Positions 33,216 through 43,873 of a DNA stretch of 64,000 nt are shown in pieces. The stretch's first letter is position 1; each line of letters begins with the position of its first letter. The position numbers were made by a program, and so were the translations under genes. The stretch covers positions 384,001 through 448,000 of the forward strand of contig CBDCTA010000029.1 of assembly GCA_965221955.1 (NCBI GenBank). Direction: 5' to 3'. The DNA comes from Gammaproteobacteria bacterium. Its GTDB lineage: Bacteria > Pseudomonadota > Gammaproteobacteria > UBA4575. The notes under the pieces are model-generated. The model made no database searches. It was not told where the DNA came from and saw only the letters and a program-made list of their open reading frames with translations.

Positions 33216-34433
33216 ATGGCAATCTCTTTACAGGCTCCTACAAATCTATTGCCAGTTCCAGGTATCAGAATTGCCACTGCAGCAGCAGGCATTAAATATC
33301 AGAGTCGTGATGATTTGGTGTTATTCGAAATTAGCGCTACTGCAAATACTGCAGTGGTACAAACTAATAATCAATTTTGTGCAGCTCCCGTGAGTGTTAC
33401 TAGGGAGCATCTAGAAAGTTCGCAACCAAAATTTCTATTGATTAACTCGGGCAATGCAAATGCGGGACTTGGAAAGCAAGGTATTCATGACACTAATGAA
33501 ACCTGTGCTGCGCTTGCTAGACTTGCTGAATGTAAAGTTATGGAAGTATTACCTTTTTCAACGGGTGTAATAGGCGAACGATTACCAGTAGAAAAAATTA
33601 CTGAAAAAATTCCATCGTTAATAAACAAACTAAACGAAGATGCATGGTTAGATGCGGCAAATGCCATTATGACTACCGATACGATGGCGAAAGGTTGCTC
33701 TGAACAACTTAGTCTTGATGGAAATAATATTTTAATTACAGGTATTGCAAAAGGTTCGGGGATGATTCGTCCTGACATGGCAACAATGCTTGCTTATGTG
33801 GCGACTGATTTAATTATCAATGAAAAAGATTTGAATAAGTTCTTAGGCCAAGCGGTTGAGCAGTCGTTTCATTGCATTACGGTTGATGGAGATACTTCTA
33901 CTAATGATGCTTGTGTGTTGATTGCAACAGGTAAGTCAGATAGACAATTTAATGATCTTTCTGAAAAATCAAAAGAAAAATTTATAAGCTCGTTGAATGC
34001 TACTTTTTTAAATTTAGCGCAAGCGATTATTCGTGATGGAGAAGGTGTCACGAAGTTTATTTCTATCAAAGTTGAACAGGCACAAAGTGAAACTGAAGCA
34101 CGAGATATCGCTTTTGCGATTGCTCATTCTCCACTTGTAAAAACAGCAGCATTTTCGAGTGATCCAAATTGGGGTCGAATTTTAGCCGCTACTGGTAGAG
34201 CTTCAAAAGAGAAGCTAGATATTGAAAAATTATCCTTACATATCAATAAGATACAAGTTATTGCGGCGGGTGAGTTAGCAGCATCTTATAGTGAAGAATT
34301 GGGTCAACAAGAAATGCGAAAAGACGAAATTCAATTTCAAATAAAGTTAGGCAAAGGAGACTCTGCATTTACAGTGTGGACGACTGATCTTTCCTACGAC
34401 TATGTAAAAATCAATGCTGAGTATCGCACTTAG
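33216..34433 (+). CDS. argJ: Bifunctional ornithine acetyltransferase/N-acetylglutamate synthase
   Basis: NSGNANA, STGVIG, IMTTDT, KGSGMI.PDMATML, DTSTND and DPNWGRI motifs. Confidence 0.95.
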   Translation: MAISLQAPTNLLPVPGIRIATAAAGIKYQSRDDLVLFEISATANTAVVQTNNQFCAAPVSVTREHLESSQPKFLLINSGNANAGLGKQGIHDTNETCAALARLAECKVMEVLPFSTGVIGERLPVEKITEKIPSLINKLNEDAWLDAANAIMTTDTMAKGCSEQLSLDGNNILITGIAKGSGMIRPDMATMLAYVATDLIINEKDLNKFLGQAVEQSFHCITVDGDTSTNDACVLIATGKSDRQFNDLSEKSKEKFISSLNATFLNLAQAIIRDGEGVTKFISIKVEQAQSETEARDIAFAIAHSPLVKTAAFSSDPNWGRILAATGRASKEKLDIEKLSLHINKIQVIAAGELAASYSEELGQQEMRKDEIQFQIKLGKGDSAFTVWTTDLSYDYVKINAEYRT

Positions 34434-34448
34434 ATTTTAACTCATTGA

Positions 34449-35408
34449 ATGAGTTCTTTAGCAAATCAAGAGTATATTCATGTTGTCGTTGGGATAGTTA
34501 AAAACGCTAGGCATGAAATTCTAGTAAGCCAGCGAAAAGCAGACACTCATTTGGGTGGTTTACTGGAGTTTCCAGGTGGAAAAGTAGAGAAGCATGAATC
34601 GCCTACAGATGCACTACATCGCGAATTATTCGAAGAGTTAAATATTAATGCATCAAGTTTTACACCGTTAATTCAAATTCCTTATAATTACCCAAGCAAA
34701 AAAGTTTTACTCGATGCATTTCTGGTAAATGATTATTCTGGAAAGGCTATTTCAAAAGAAGAACAGAATATTTTTTGGAAGCCTATCGATTCTCTTTACG
34801 ATAATATATTTCCCGCTGCAAATTTTGGGATGATTCGTGCAATAAAACTTCCAAATAAATTCCTAGTTACTCCTTCTTATTCAAATGACTCAAAATTTTT
34901 AGAAAAGTTTGAAAGTATAATAAGTAAGAAATCAATTCAAATTATTCAATTGCGTTCACATGAGTTAGCTGATCAAGAATATAGAAGACTCGCTAAAGAA
35001 TGTGCAGGCTTATGTGTCAATAACGATGTGAAATTAATATTAAATCGAGATGAGAGATGTGTATCAGATTTAAATGTAGCAGGGCTACACTTGACGAGTG
35101 AGAGGTTACTTAAAGCACGGAAACGGCCATTGGAGTCAAAGTATTTGGTTGGAGCATCTTGTCATAATCTCGAAGAAATTCAGCATGCAAATAAGCTTGG
35201 AGTAGATTACATTTTTATAGGACCAGTTTTAGAAAAGCCTCAAAGTGAGAAAAGTACTATATTAGATTGGGATGGTTTTACTAAGTTAGTAAATTCTTGC
35301 CAGGTTCCAGCCTATGCTATAGGAGGAGTAGGGCTGAATCACCTAGATAAAAGTATTCTGTTTGGAGGACAAGGTATTGCCTCGATTAGGGCTTTATGGA
35401 AGCTTTAA
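34449..35408 (+). CDS. Nudix hydrolase (MutT-like) fused to a thiamine-phosphate-synthase-like TIM barrel
   Basis: Nudix box EFPGGKVE...RELFEE. The C-terminus has QLR, GLHL, GASCH and YAIGG (ThiE-like). Confidence 0.88.
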   Translation: MSSLANQEYIHVVVGIVKNARHEILVSQRKADTHLGGLLEFPGGKVEKHESPTDALHRELFEELNINASSFTPLIQIPYNYPSKKVLLDAFLVNDYSGKAISKEEQNIFWKPIDSLYDNIFPAANFGMIRAIKLPNKFLVTPSYSNDSKFLEKFESIISKKSIQIIQLRSHELADQEYRRLAKECAGLCVNNDVKLILNRDERCVSDLNVAGLHLTSERLLKARKRPLESKYLVGASCHNLEEIQHANKLGVDYIFIGPVLEKPQSEKSTILDWDGFTKLVNSCQVPAYAIGGVGLNHLDKSILFGGQGIASIRALWKL

Positions 35409-35430
35409 AAATAAAAATGAACCATCTTTG

Positions 35431-36216
35431 TTAGAAAGTACAGCAGGCAAGCCTAAAGTCAACGTTAGTATGGATTTGTTTGGGGGTGGAATTTGGATTT
35501 TCTTGATTTAGAAAGCGAATCGAAAAACGGTGTTTGCCTGCACTGCATTCGGGAAAAAAATTGTGTTTTTTATTAATCGCAATTCTAATTAATTGATTAG
35601 GTGCGCTAGGGTCCAGGGTTTGGTCATAAAAACCTTTCTGCGCAGATTGATCAACAAATTGCGTGCTTTCTCTAATTAAGTGAAGCCCTCTTCCAACACT
35701 TTCCTGAACAATTTCAAATGGAGCAATCCATTCCAATAATACTTTGTTGCGTTGCTCAAACGGTAAGCAAAGCCAATGATGGTATTCAGGTAAATCAAAG
35801 TCACATGTACCGCCCGGGATTACGGCTCGCTGTCGAATACTATTAATGAAATCATTCTCTTTAAGATGATTACCTATTTGTCCACGTACGGCATGCAATT
35901 TGTCAAAGGTTTGCTGGTGTGTGGTTAAGATTTTGGATAATTTCTCAGTATTGAGTTTTGGTTTGCTGGCAAGTTGTTCTAATGAGTCGATTTGTCTTTT
36001 AAGCTCTTTTAATAGCTCTTGCTTGAGGTCACCTCTTGATACCAGGCTTAATATTTCAATTAAGGTTAATAGTGCGGCATGTGAATCTGAGCCATTTTCT
36101 TGTTTGGCAAAAAAACAAAATTGCTGAGTGAGTTGCTCATAGCGCAGAAAAGTTCGCATCCTCTCATTGAGAGGTTGTTCATAGTATATTTCATGTAGAT
36201 CTGGTGTATCGCTCAC
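35431..36216 (-). CDS. zapD: Cell division protein ZapD
   Basis: YEQPLNERMRTFLR.E, RQR..IPGGTC.FDLP and SAGKHRFSIRF motifs. Follows coaE. Confidence 0.93.
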   Translation of the reverse strand: MSDTPDLHEIYYEQPLNERMRTFLRYEQLTQQFCFFAKQENGSDSHAALLTLIEILSLVSRGDLKQELLKELKRQIDSLEQLASKPKLNTEKLSKILTTHQQTFDKLHAVRGQIGNHLKENDFINSIRQRAVIPGGTCDFDLPEYHHWLCLPFEQRNKVLLEWIAPFEIVQESVGRGLHLIRESTQFVDQSAQKGFYDQTLDPSAPNQLIRIAINKKHNFFPECSAGKHRFSIRFLNQENPNSTPKQIHTNVDFRLACCTF

Positions 36217-36219
36217 AGC

Positions 36220-36822
36220 TTATTTTATGGTTTTGCTTAATTCAGTATATTTTTTATGTAAAGAACTAGCTTTTTCTTTTATATCATCAATACTACCACT
36301 ATTTTCAATTACATCATCTGCTAGTGATAAACGCGTGTCTCGATCTATTTGAGAAGCAATAATCTTTTTGACATGTGATTCGTTGCATTGATCACGTAGC
36401 ATTACTCGTGAGATTTGTTCTTCAACTGTACAGTCTACTACTAATACTCTATCAAGGAATTCAGTACGCTGTGTTTCTAGTAATAATGGAATCACAACAA
36501 TGCAATAATCTGCCTTAATCTCACTAATATTTTTATTAATTTGTTCGTAGACTAAAGGATGTAGGAGCTTCTCAAGTTTGTTGCGTAGAACTGAATCAGA
36601 AAAAACTGCTTGTCTTAGCTTATCTCTTAATAACTGATTGTGTTTATCTACAAACTCTGAACCAAGTTGTGTAGAGATTTTATCGATTACTTGCTTAGAT
36701 TGTGTGAGTTCTCTAGCAATGATGTCGGCATCAATAATAGGAGTGTTGAACTGCTGATGAAAGAGATCTGAAACTAGGCTTTTTCCACAACCAATTCCGC
36801 CTGTGAGGCCTACTATCAGCAT
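36220..36822 (-). CDS. coaE: Dephospho-CoA kinase
   Basis: VGLTGGIGCGKS, IDADIIAR, LHP and IPLL.E motifs. Confidence 0.95.
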   Translation of the reverse strand: MLIVGLTGGIGCGKSLVSDLFHQQFNTPIIDADIIARELTQSKQVIDKISTQLGSEFVDKHNQLLRDKLRQAVFSDSVLRNKLEKLLHPLVYEQINKNISEIKADYCIVVIPLLLETQRTEFLDRVLVVDCTVEEQISRVMLRDQCNESHVKKIIASQIDRDTRLSLADDVIENSGSIDDIKEKASSLHKKYTELSKTIK

Positions 36823-36838
36823 TGTTATTAAGAGTTAT

Positions 36839-37723
36839 TTATATCGTTTTGTCTAAATATAGGGCAATAAGCTGATTACCGTACAGCATTGCAATCCATC
36901 CTGCTATAGCAAGATAAGGGCCAAAAGGAATGGGTTGGCTACGTTCCTGTAATTTGGTCACGATCATCATAATGCCAATGATGGCTCCAACAGCAGAAGA
37001 CAATAGGATGATTAGAGGTAGACTTTGCCAGCCTAACCATGCACCAAGGGCTGCAAGCAATTTAAAATCTCCATAACCCATGCCTTCTTTGCCTGTGATG
37101 AGCTTGAATAAATGAAATACAGACCAGAGTGCCAAATAACCAAAAATAGCACCTAAGACACTAGAAGTTAGATCGATATAGATTGTGAATGTATTAAAGA
37201 TAATGCCTAACCATAGCAGTGGTAGTGTCAAGTTATCAGGTAGCAGATGAGTTTTTATATCTATACCGCTTAATGCGATTAAACTCCATGTGAATAAAAT
37301 GCCACCGAAAGCTTGCCAGCTGAAACCAAACTTCCAAACAACTATCGTGGTTAGAATAGCAGTAAGGAGTTCTACAAAAGGATATTGAGGTGAAATTTTT
37401 ATACCACAATTACTGCATTTCCCTTTTAGAAATAAATAACTAATGATTGGGATATTTTCTATTGCTTTGACTTGGTGATCACATGAAGGGCAATGCGACC
37501 TAGGTACACAAAGGTTATATTTTCCCTGTGAAAGTATTTCTTTATCAGGGGACAGTAGTTCTTGGCATTCACTTTTCCACTGTCTTTCAAGCATTATAGG
37601 TATGCGATGAATGACAACATTTAGAAAACTGCCAATGAATGCACCAATAATAAAACTATAAAGCAGTAACAGCTTTGTGTTACTTGCAATATAGATTAAG
37701 ACAGGACTATCTAATAAACTCAA
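36839..37723 (-). CDS. pilD: Prepilin peptidase/N-methyltransferase
   Basis: GSFLNVVIHR, two CxxC pairs, ID...LLPD, GMGYGDFKL and PFGPYL motifs. Confidence 0.95.
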   Translation of the reverse strand: MSLLDSPVLIYIASNTKLLLLYSFIIGAFIGSFLNVVIHRIPIMLERQWKSECQELLSPDKEILSQGKYNLCVPRSHCPSCDHQVKAIENIPIISYLFLKGKCSNCGIKISPQYPFVELLTAILTTIVVWKFGFSWQAFGGILFTWSLIALSGIDIKTHLLPDNLTLPLLWLGIIFNTFTIYIDLTSSVLGAIFGYLALWSVFHLFKLITGKEGMGYGDFKLLAALGAWLGWQSLPLIILLSSAVGAIIGIMMIVTKLQERSQPIPFGPYLAIAGWIAMLYGNQLIALYLDKTI

Positions 37724-37759
37724 GATAGTTTAAAAATCTAATTAACTTTTGGGTGAGCC

Positions 37760-38986
37760 TTATACTACCGCACCAAGCTTGAAGATTGGTAAATACATTG
37801 CAATTACCAAGCCACCTACTACCACACCAAGTATTGCCATAATCAATGGCTCTAACAGACTACTTAAGCCGTCTACTAAGTTATCTACTTCTTGCTCATA
37901 GAAGTCGGCAACTTTGCCTAACATTTCATCCAACGAACCTGATTCTTCACCAATTGCAACCATTTGCACCACCATATTAGGGAACAACCCAGTTGAGCGC
38001 ATGCTTTGTTGTAATTGTGTTCCAGTAGCAACTTCGTCTTTCATGCGTAGTGTAGCTTCTTGATATATAGCATTACCTGTAGCACCTGCTACAGAATCCA
38101 TTGCTTCTACTAATGGTACGCCTGCAGCGAACATTGTCGCAAGAGTTCTAGCAAATCTTGCAATTGCAGATTTCTCTAATATTTGCCCAACAACTGGAAT
38201 TTTAAGTGATGCTTTATCTAATCCGCGTCTAAATGCTGCAGAACGCTTTTTTGTGTTAATGAATACAAATACTAATCCTCCAATACCAAATAAAACTAAC
38301 CACCAATACGCTTGCATAAACTCAGATAAATTTATGACCATCTGGGTAAATGCAGGTAGATCTGCACCAAATCCTTGGAAAAGCTCTTGGAACTGAGGTA
38401 CTACGAATAAGAGAAGAATTCCAGAAACGATAAAAGCCACGACTAATACTGCAGTTGGGTAAAACAGTGCTTTTTTAACTTTACCTTTTAATTCTTCAGT
38501 TTTTTCTTTGTAAGTTGCAATTTTGTCTAAAAGTGTTTCAAGGGCACCAGACTGTTCACCTGCGTCAACCAAATTACAAAATAAATCATCAAAGTACTTA
38601 GGATGTTTTTCTAGAGAGTGTGATAAAGCTGTGCCTGATTCGACATCATTTTTAATATTCATGATGAGTTCTTGCATAGCTGGTTTCTCATGGCCTCTTC
38701 CGATGATTTCAAATGCTTGAACAAGAGGCACACCTGCAGTCATCATAGTTGCGAGCTGCCTAGAAAATACAGCAATATCTTTTGGGATAATTTTTTTACC
38801 TTTGCTACCAAATAATGGCTTAGGTTTCTTCTTTACTTTAAGAGGGTTTATACCTTGTCTGCGAAGGTCTGCTTTGAGTAGAATCTCATTAGATGCCTGA
38901 GCTTCACCTTTAACACGCGTGCCTTTACGATCTACACCTTCCCATACGAAAATCGTAGCTTGTGCAGTTGCTGTTGCAGTAGCCAT
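37760..38986 (-). CDS. pilC: Type IV pilus platform protein PilC
   Basis: FSRQLATMM.AGVPLVQ, GEQSG.LE, ALFYP, GEESGSL and EPLIM...MYLPIF motifs. Confidence 0.95.
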   Translation of the reverse strand: MATATATAQATIFVWEGVDRKGTRVKGEAQASNEILLKADLRRQGINPLKVKKKPKPLFGSKGKKIIPKDIAVFSRQLATMMTAGVPLVQAFEIIGRGHEKPAMQELIMNIKNDVESGTALSHSLEKHPKYFDDLFCNLVDAGEQSGALETLLDKIATYKEKTEELKGKVKKALFYPTAVLVVAFIVSGILLLFVVPQFQELFQGFGADLPAFTQMVINLSEFMQAYWWLVLFGIGGLVFVFINTKKRSAAFRRGLDKASLKIPVVGQILEKSAIARFARTLATMFAAGVPLVEAMDSVAGATGNAIYQEATLRMKDEVATGTQLQQSMRSTGLFPNMVVQMVAIGEESGSLDEMLGKVADFYEQEVDNLVDGLSSLLEPLIMAILGVVVGGLVIAMYLPIFKLGAVV

Positions 38987-38989
38987 AAA

Positions 38990-40722
38990 TTAATCCTTTG
39001 TAACTCTGTTTAATTCTTCAAGGCTAAGTATTCCTTCACGTACTTTATTCAACCCAGAAGCTCTCAAATCATTAAATCCTTCTTTATCTGCTTGTTCGGC
39101 AAGTTGTATTGAATTTCCATTTCCCATAATTAATGTTCCCATTTCTTCTGAGATAGCCAATACTTGGAAAATGCCTGAACGGCCCTTATATCCAGTATTG
39201 TTGCATTGATCACATCCGCCCGCTTTGTATATTTTTAAATCATCTTATTTCCGATTCTAAAAAGCCTTCTTCGATTAACGCTTCTTTTGGAACATCATCT
39301 ACTACTTTGCATGGTTCACACAAACGTCGAGCTAAGTCGTTGGGCAATAATCAAGCTAACAGCTGAAGCAATATTGTATGGAGGAACACCCATATTCGCC
39401 AATCTCGTAAGTGTTTGTGGTGCGTCATTTGTATGCAAAGTTGAAAGCACTAAGTGACCCGTTTGAGCTGCTTTAATAGCGATTTCTGCTGTTTCTAAGG
39501 TCTCGAATCTCACCTACCATAATGATATCAGGATCTTGACGGAGGAAAGCACGTAAGTGCGGAAGCAAAGGTTAGTCCCACTTTTGGATTGACATTTACT
39601 TGGTTCACACCTGGCATGTTAATTTCTGCTGGATCTTCCGCAGTAGAAATATTTCGGTCTGCAGTATTTAGTATATTCAGACCTGTATATAAGTGAAACT
39701 GTTTTACCACTACCTGTTGGTCCCGTTACAAGGATCAAGCCATAGGGCTTAGATAGTGCATTTAAATAAAGTTGTTTTTGGTCTTCTTCGTAGCCTAGTG
39801 CATCAATACCTAAAGTAGCACTAGTTGGATCTAAAATACGTAATACAATTTTTTCACCAAATAAGTGTTGGACAAGTGTTAACACGAAAATCAATTGCCC
39901 GCTTTCTTTGAAAGCTGCATTTTAATTCTGCCATCTTGTGGGATACGGCGTTCAGAAATATCTAAACGCTAGACATGACTTTTAATCTTGCCGAAATTCT
40001 TGGTGCTAAGTTTTGAGGAGGGTTTGCAATTTCCTCTAGTACACCATCGACACGAAATCTAACTCTATATACTTTCTCATATGGTTCAAAGTGAATATCT
40101 GATGCCTTTTTGTTAATTGCATCGAGAAGCACTTTATTAACAAACCGTACGATCGGTGTATCATCTACATCTGAATCACCAGTATCTTCAATTTCTTCAT
40201 CACCGCTTGCTTACATCTAGATTATCTAAGTCATCATCTAGCAAGACCATCCATATCTAAGTGACTTATCGCCCAAGCTCGAGCGCTTTCTCGATTATGG
40301 TTTCTAACTTATCTTCTTCAACTAGAACTGCTTCAGTGGTAATACCTGTATTAAATTTAAATTCATCCAGTGCAGCCTAAATTCATCGGGTCAGAAATAG
40401 CTACAAATAGTCGATTACCTCTTTTCTGAATTGGGAGCGCATGATGTTGACGAATTAATTTTTCAGGAACGAGGTTGCTTGGTAAAGACTCTAAATCTAA
40501 AGAATTAATATTTAATAAAGGAATACCAAATTCGTTTGAAGCAGAGTGCGCAAGATCACTTGAACCTACAAGTTCATTTTTGACTAAGTATGTAGTTAGA
40601 GGCACACCATTATCATGAGCCTCTTTTTGGGCATTGGCAGCATCTTGCTCTGTGACAAATCCATCATTGATGAGTCTGCGTGAGAGCCCGCTAATTCTTA
40701 TTGAAGATGCGGCGGTTGCCAT
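38990..40722 (-). CDS. pilB: Type IV pilus assembly ATPase PilB, multiply frameshifted (probable sequence errors)
   Basis: Fragments show the N-terminal domain, [22 protein letters not shown], Walker [35 protein letters not shown] and GYKGR. Ends ...RVTKD* at 38990. Confidence 0.9.
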
Positions 40723-41226
40723 TGGATTTGTGGTGTTAAAAATCTAGTAATTATCTGAATTTATACATGTTATCCGAAAGTGATGCCATGTCAAACTATA
40801 GTGTACTTTAAGCCGCTAGAATGCTCGGTATGCAGGATAACCGTTATTAATAAAGCATAGTATTTTGTGCTAAATCAGCAATTTTTGTTTGATGATCCTG
40901 AGTGGTATAAAAACTATGATAATTGGTAATGATTTTGCCTGGAGGTAAAACTCAGTATTGATCAAATGGCCGCAATATATGTCAAGTTTAGTAGACTGAA
41001 ATATTCAGCCATTGGCACTACATACTGAAATCCGATAGAAATATTTCTGATTATGAAATTAAAACAAATTTCCAGATTATGAAAATTTTCTTAAGTATGG
41101 TTTGAAAAGGTTGTGAGTTTAATTGGCGTATAATTAATAATCAATTTTATAGTATATCGATCAATTCGGAAATATTTTAGTTAATAGTGATTTCCAGCAT
41201 GGTTTTTTGCACATGCTAAATATTAA

Positions 41227-42306
41227 TTATTTAAAAGCTAATAATTCATTCCATGTAAAAATTTGATTTTTTAAACTCCAGTTAATTTGGTATTCCTCGC
41301 GAGACTTTAAACATCCTTTTTGTAATTTATTATATAGCTTTGTATCTGTACATAATCGTATCATTTCATCTGCTAGCGCATCACTATTATAAGGCGGAAT
41401 CAGTAATGCGTTATATTCATGAATAAAAATACCAGGAATATCGCAAACATTAGTTAATATAGAGGGGACTCCACAATGCATTGCCTCAATAGCTGCTGCC
41501 GGCAAAGCTTCTATTTCTGATGCTAATATGAAGATGTGAGAAGTATTCAGGAGCGTATTAATATCATTTCTAAATCCTAAAAATTTTATATTTCTATTTA
41601 GATTTAGTGAGTTACTTAATTTTTCTAACTCAGGCTTAATAGGGCCATCACCAACTATTGCAAATAATATATTTGGATATCTTTTTTTTACTTTATGGGT
41701 TGCATGAATTATTAAATCTATGTTTTTGCGCTTGATAATTTGACCTATATAAATGAAGTCCCATTCGTAAAATTTCGGTTTATTATCAATTCTAAATAGC
41801 GCAGGGTCATGATAATTTTTTAATTCGATTAGTTTTTTATTTGGGATATTTTGTTCAAGTAAAATTTCTTTAGATTTTGGGCCCATAAAGGCAATCATAT
41901 TTGAATTTTTTATAGACCATTTTATTGGAAATGAATAAATAAATTTATCAAGGTAGCTATGAATGTCTTTTCCTATTGGACAGACTATACAATGAGTGCT
42001 GGTAAGTTTTCCCGCAATTACAGCAGAAATGCCATGTGCTATTAATTGAATACCTATAATGGCATCAATATTGCGAGATCTTGATACTTTTAAAAGTGTT
42101 AAAAGTCTCCAAATTTCGAATAATATAGTTATTTTTTTTATGCCTACTGGAGGTGATATATTAATAATTTTATCTGTGTATTTGAGCTTGTTTTTTCTAA
42201 CCAAAATTATATTTTCAATGAGGTCATTTTCAACTAACCCAACTATTTTGGTCTGTAGCTTGTAATCACTTAGACCTGCAGTAATTAGAATGGTTTTGCT
42301 ATTCAC
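41227..42306 (-). CDS. Glycosyltransferase family 4 (GT-B)
   Basis: YIGQI..RKN, IVGDGP, FLGFR.D, S..EALP...IEAM.CG.P and CDIP motifs. Start probably GTG 42306. Confidence 0.85.
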   Translation of the reverse strand: MNSKTILITAGLSDYKLQTKIVGLVENDLIENIILVRKNKLKYTDKIINISPPVGIKKITILFEIWRLLTLLKVSRSRNIDAIIGIQLIAHGISAVIAGKLTSTHCIVCPIGKDIHSYLDKFIYSFPIKWSIKNSNMIAFMGPKSKEILLEQNIPNKKLIELKNYHDPALFRIDNKPKFYEWDFIYIGQIIKRKNIDLIIHATHKVKKRYPNILFAIVGDGPIKPELEKLSNSLNLNRNIKFLGFRNDINTLLNTSHIFILASEIEALPAAAIEAMHCGVPSILTNVCDIPGIFIHEYNALLIPPYNSDALADEMIRLCTDTKLYNKLQKGCLKSREEYQINWSLKNQIFTWNELLAFK

Positions 42307-42475
42307 GTGCTGATTTAATGGCTGTAACGAAATTTGCCACGAATCTAACCATGTATAAAATCTTTGCACTAATTTTATTGACGATTGGATCTATCTTGAG
42401 GGCAGGTGCATTCAGGCCTTCTAGCAAATCAACAGGCGTTTCAATAAAAAGACTTGATAAAGGAGTGACACTCAT
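42299..42475 (-). pseudogene. Degenerate internal fragment of a NeuB/PseI-family synthase gene
   Basis: A 58-aa ORF, MSVTPLSSLFIETPVDLLEGLNAPALKI...AIKSARE, aligns by eye with this window's PseI segment LIAFSSPFDESAVEFLENQDVPCYKI...AVECARD. Confidence 0.55.
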
Positions 42476-42595
42476 TTTTCTTAAATAAGTTTGGCGATTG
42501 AAAACATATATCTTTCAAGGCCTTCACTAACATAGGAGTGTTATTAATAATTATTAGCTCTAAATAGTTAAATATTAAACTAATCTATTTAAATT

Positions 42596-43873
42596 TTATT
42601 TATTGTTTTGATGGACGCAACTCATTTTCATGCCATATTTGCCAATACAATAAAAAATGAAAAACTTAAGAAATAAAGCAGCAGATAATATAATATGGAT
42701 ATGCAGTGTATTGCGGCCATAAAAATATATTAAAACAGACAAAACAGATAACAATGTAAGTACTGATATCATAGAAAAAAGACGCAACTTCAAGTCAAAT
42801 GAGGTATGTAAAGCTTGATAAAAGCCCAAAAAGAGTGATGCGCACTGACTAAATCCAATAATAATCATATATAACATCAGACCAGAATAGGAATCAGGTA
42901 GAATATATTCTGTTATATATGCGTAAACAATGGTTAGAATGAGAATAGCTAACCCATACATTCTTAAACTTCTAGACGCTTCTGTTATTTTCTTTCGTAA
43001 TTCAAAATGATCACCGTTTGCTAACAATTTTAAAACTACAGGTGTGTTTTGAGCGATTATCGCAGATCGGGCTGCTTGAAAGGGCACAATCACTTTAAGT
43101 GAAATTGCTAACACCGCTGCTTCTTTTAGTGCTCCCATGCCGCGTAAAAATGGAATTATCCCGCTATGAAATAAAGACACAAGTAAAGTCAAAATTACGT
43201 AGGATAAATGATCATAATGTGTACTAATTACATCACGCGCTTTAATCTCTGCTGCTTCAAATTGAAATTTTTTGCTATTAATTCCTTTAAACTCTAATTG
43301 GATTAGGATAAACGATAATGTGCTAGACAGAATTAGTGCCATGGTGACAAATATTAAAACAATATTAAGATTTAGTGGGAAGATTGCATAGAGAATAATT
43401 GTAGTTAAATGTGGTAAAACACCTCCTACTAAAATCGACCATCTCTGAATCTCAATACTTTTTAGAACTGTTTCTCCAAACCGTAGTAACGACGTCAACA
43501 ATGAGATTACTATCACGAATATGATTTCGTTATTCAGTAAGTTTGTAAAGCTTAAAAGTATGCCCAAAGCAAGCATGAAAACGCTTGAAAATAGTACTAT
43601 TCTTGTATAGTGCCATATCAAGAATTTCTTTTGCCCCTTACTTTGTAAACGAGGGACATTCCGCATACTAAGGCCAGAGCATCCTAGCCCTAAAATAACA
43701 GCTATAATGGAAGCCAGTGCGAGTACAGAAGCATAAATTCCAAACTGACTAACACTTAATTTGTTCGCAAGAATAATTATATTCAAGTACGCTAGCAATA
43801 TGCCCAATATGCGAAGCGCGAATATCTGAAATCCTAAATCAAAATGACTTAGTATTTGTTTAGAAAAAATCAC
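42596..43873 (-). CDS. Wzx-like oligosaccharide flippase (MOP superfamily)
   Basis: Polytopic membrane protein with the N-terminal LA..LS..QFGIY...LG pattern, inside a glycan locus. Confidence 0.7.
   Translation of the reverse strand: MIFSKQILSHFDLGFQIFALRILGILLAYLNIIILANKLSVSQFGIYASVLALASIIAVILGLGCSGLSMRNVPRLQSKGQKKFLIWHYTRIVLFSSVFMLALGILLSFTNLLNNEIIFVIVISLLTSLLRFGETVLKSIEIQRWSILVGGVLPHLTTIILYAIFPLNLNIVLIFVTMALILSSTLSFILIQLEFKGINSKKFQFEAAEIKARDVISTHYDHLSYVILTLLVSLFHSGIIPFLRGMGALKEAAVLAISLKVIVPFQAARSAIIAQNTPVVLKLLANGDHFELRKKITEASRSLRMYGLAILILTIVYAYITEYILPDSYSGLMLYMIIIGFSQCASLFLGFYQALHTSFDLKLRLFSMISVLTLLSVLSVLIYFYGRNTLHIHIILSAALFLKFFIFYCIGKYGMKMSCVHQNNK

Noticed and set aside
34449-35408. MutT-ThiE domain fusion as a novelty
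   Set aside because: This fusion after secA-argJ is a familiar arrangement in gamma- and betaproteobacteria.
40774-40789. Possible sigma54 promoter for pilB (TGGCATCACTTTCGGA on the minus strand)
   Set aside because: The -24 half matches, but the -12 element (CGGA) is too poor to support the call.
41075-41093. Fur-box-like sequence
   Set aside because: Only about 12 of 19 positions match, in very AT-rich DNA, with no iron-related genes nearby.
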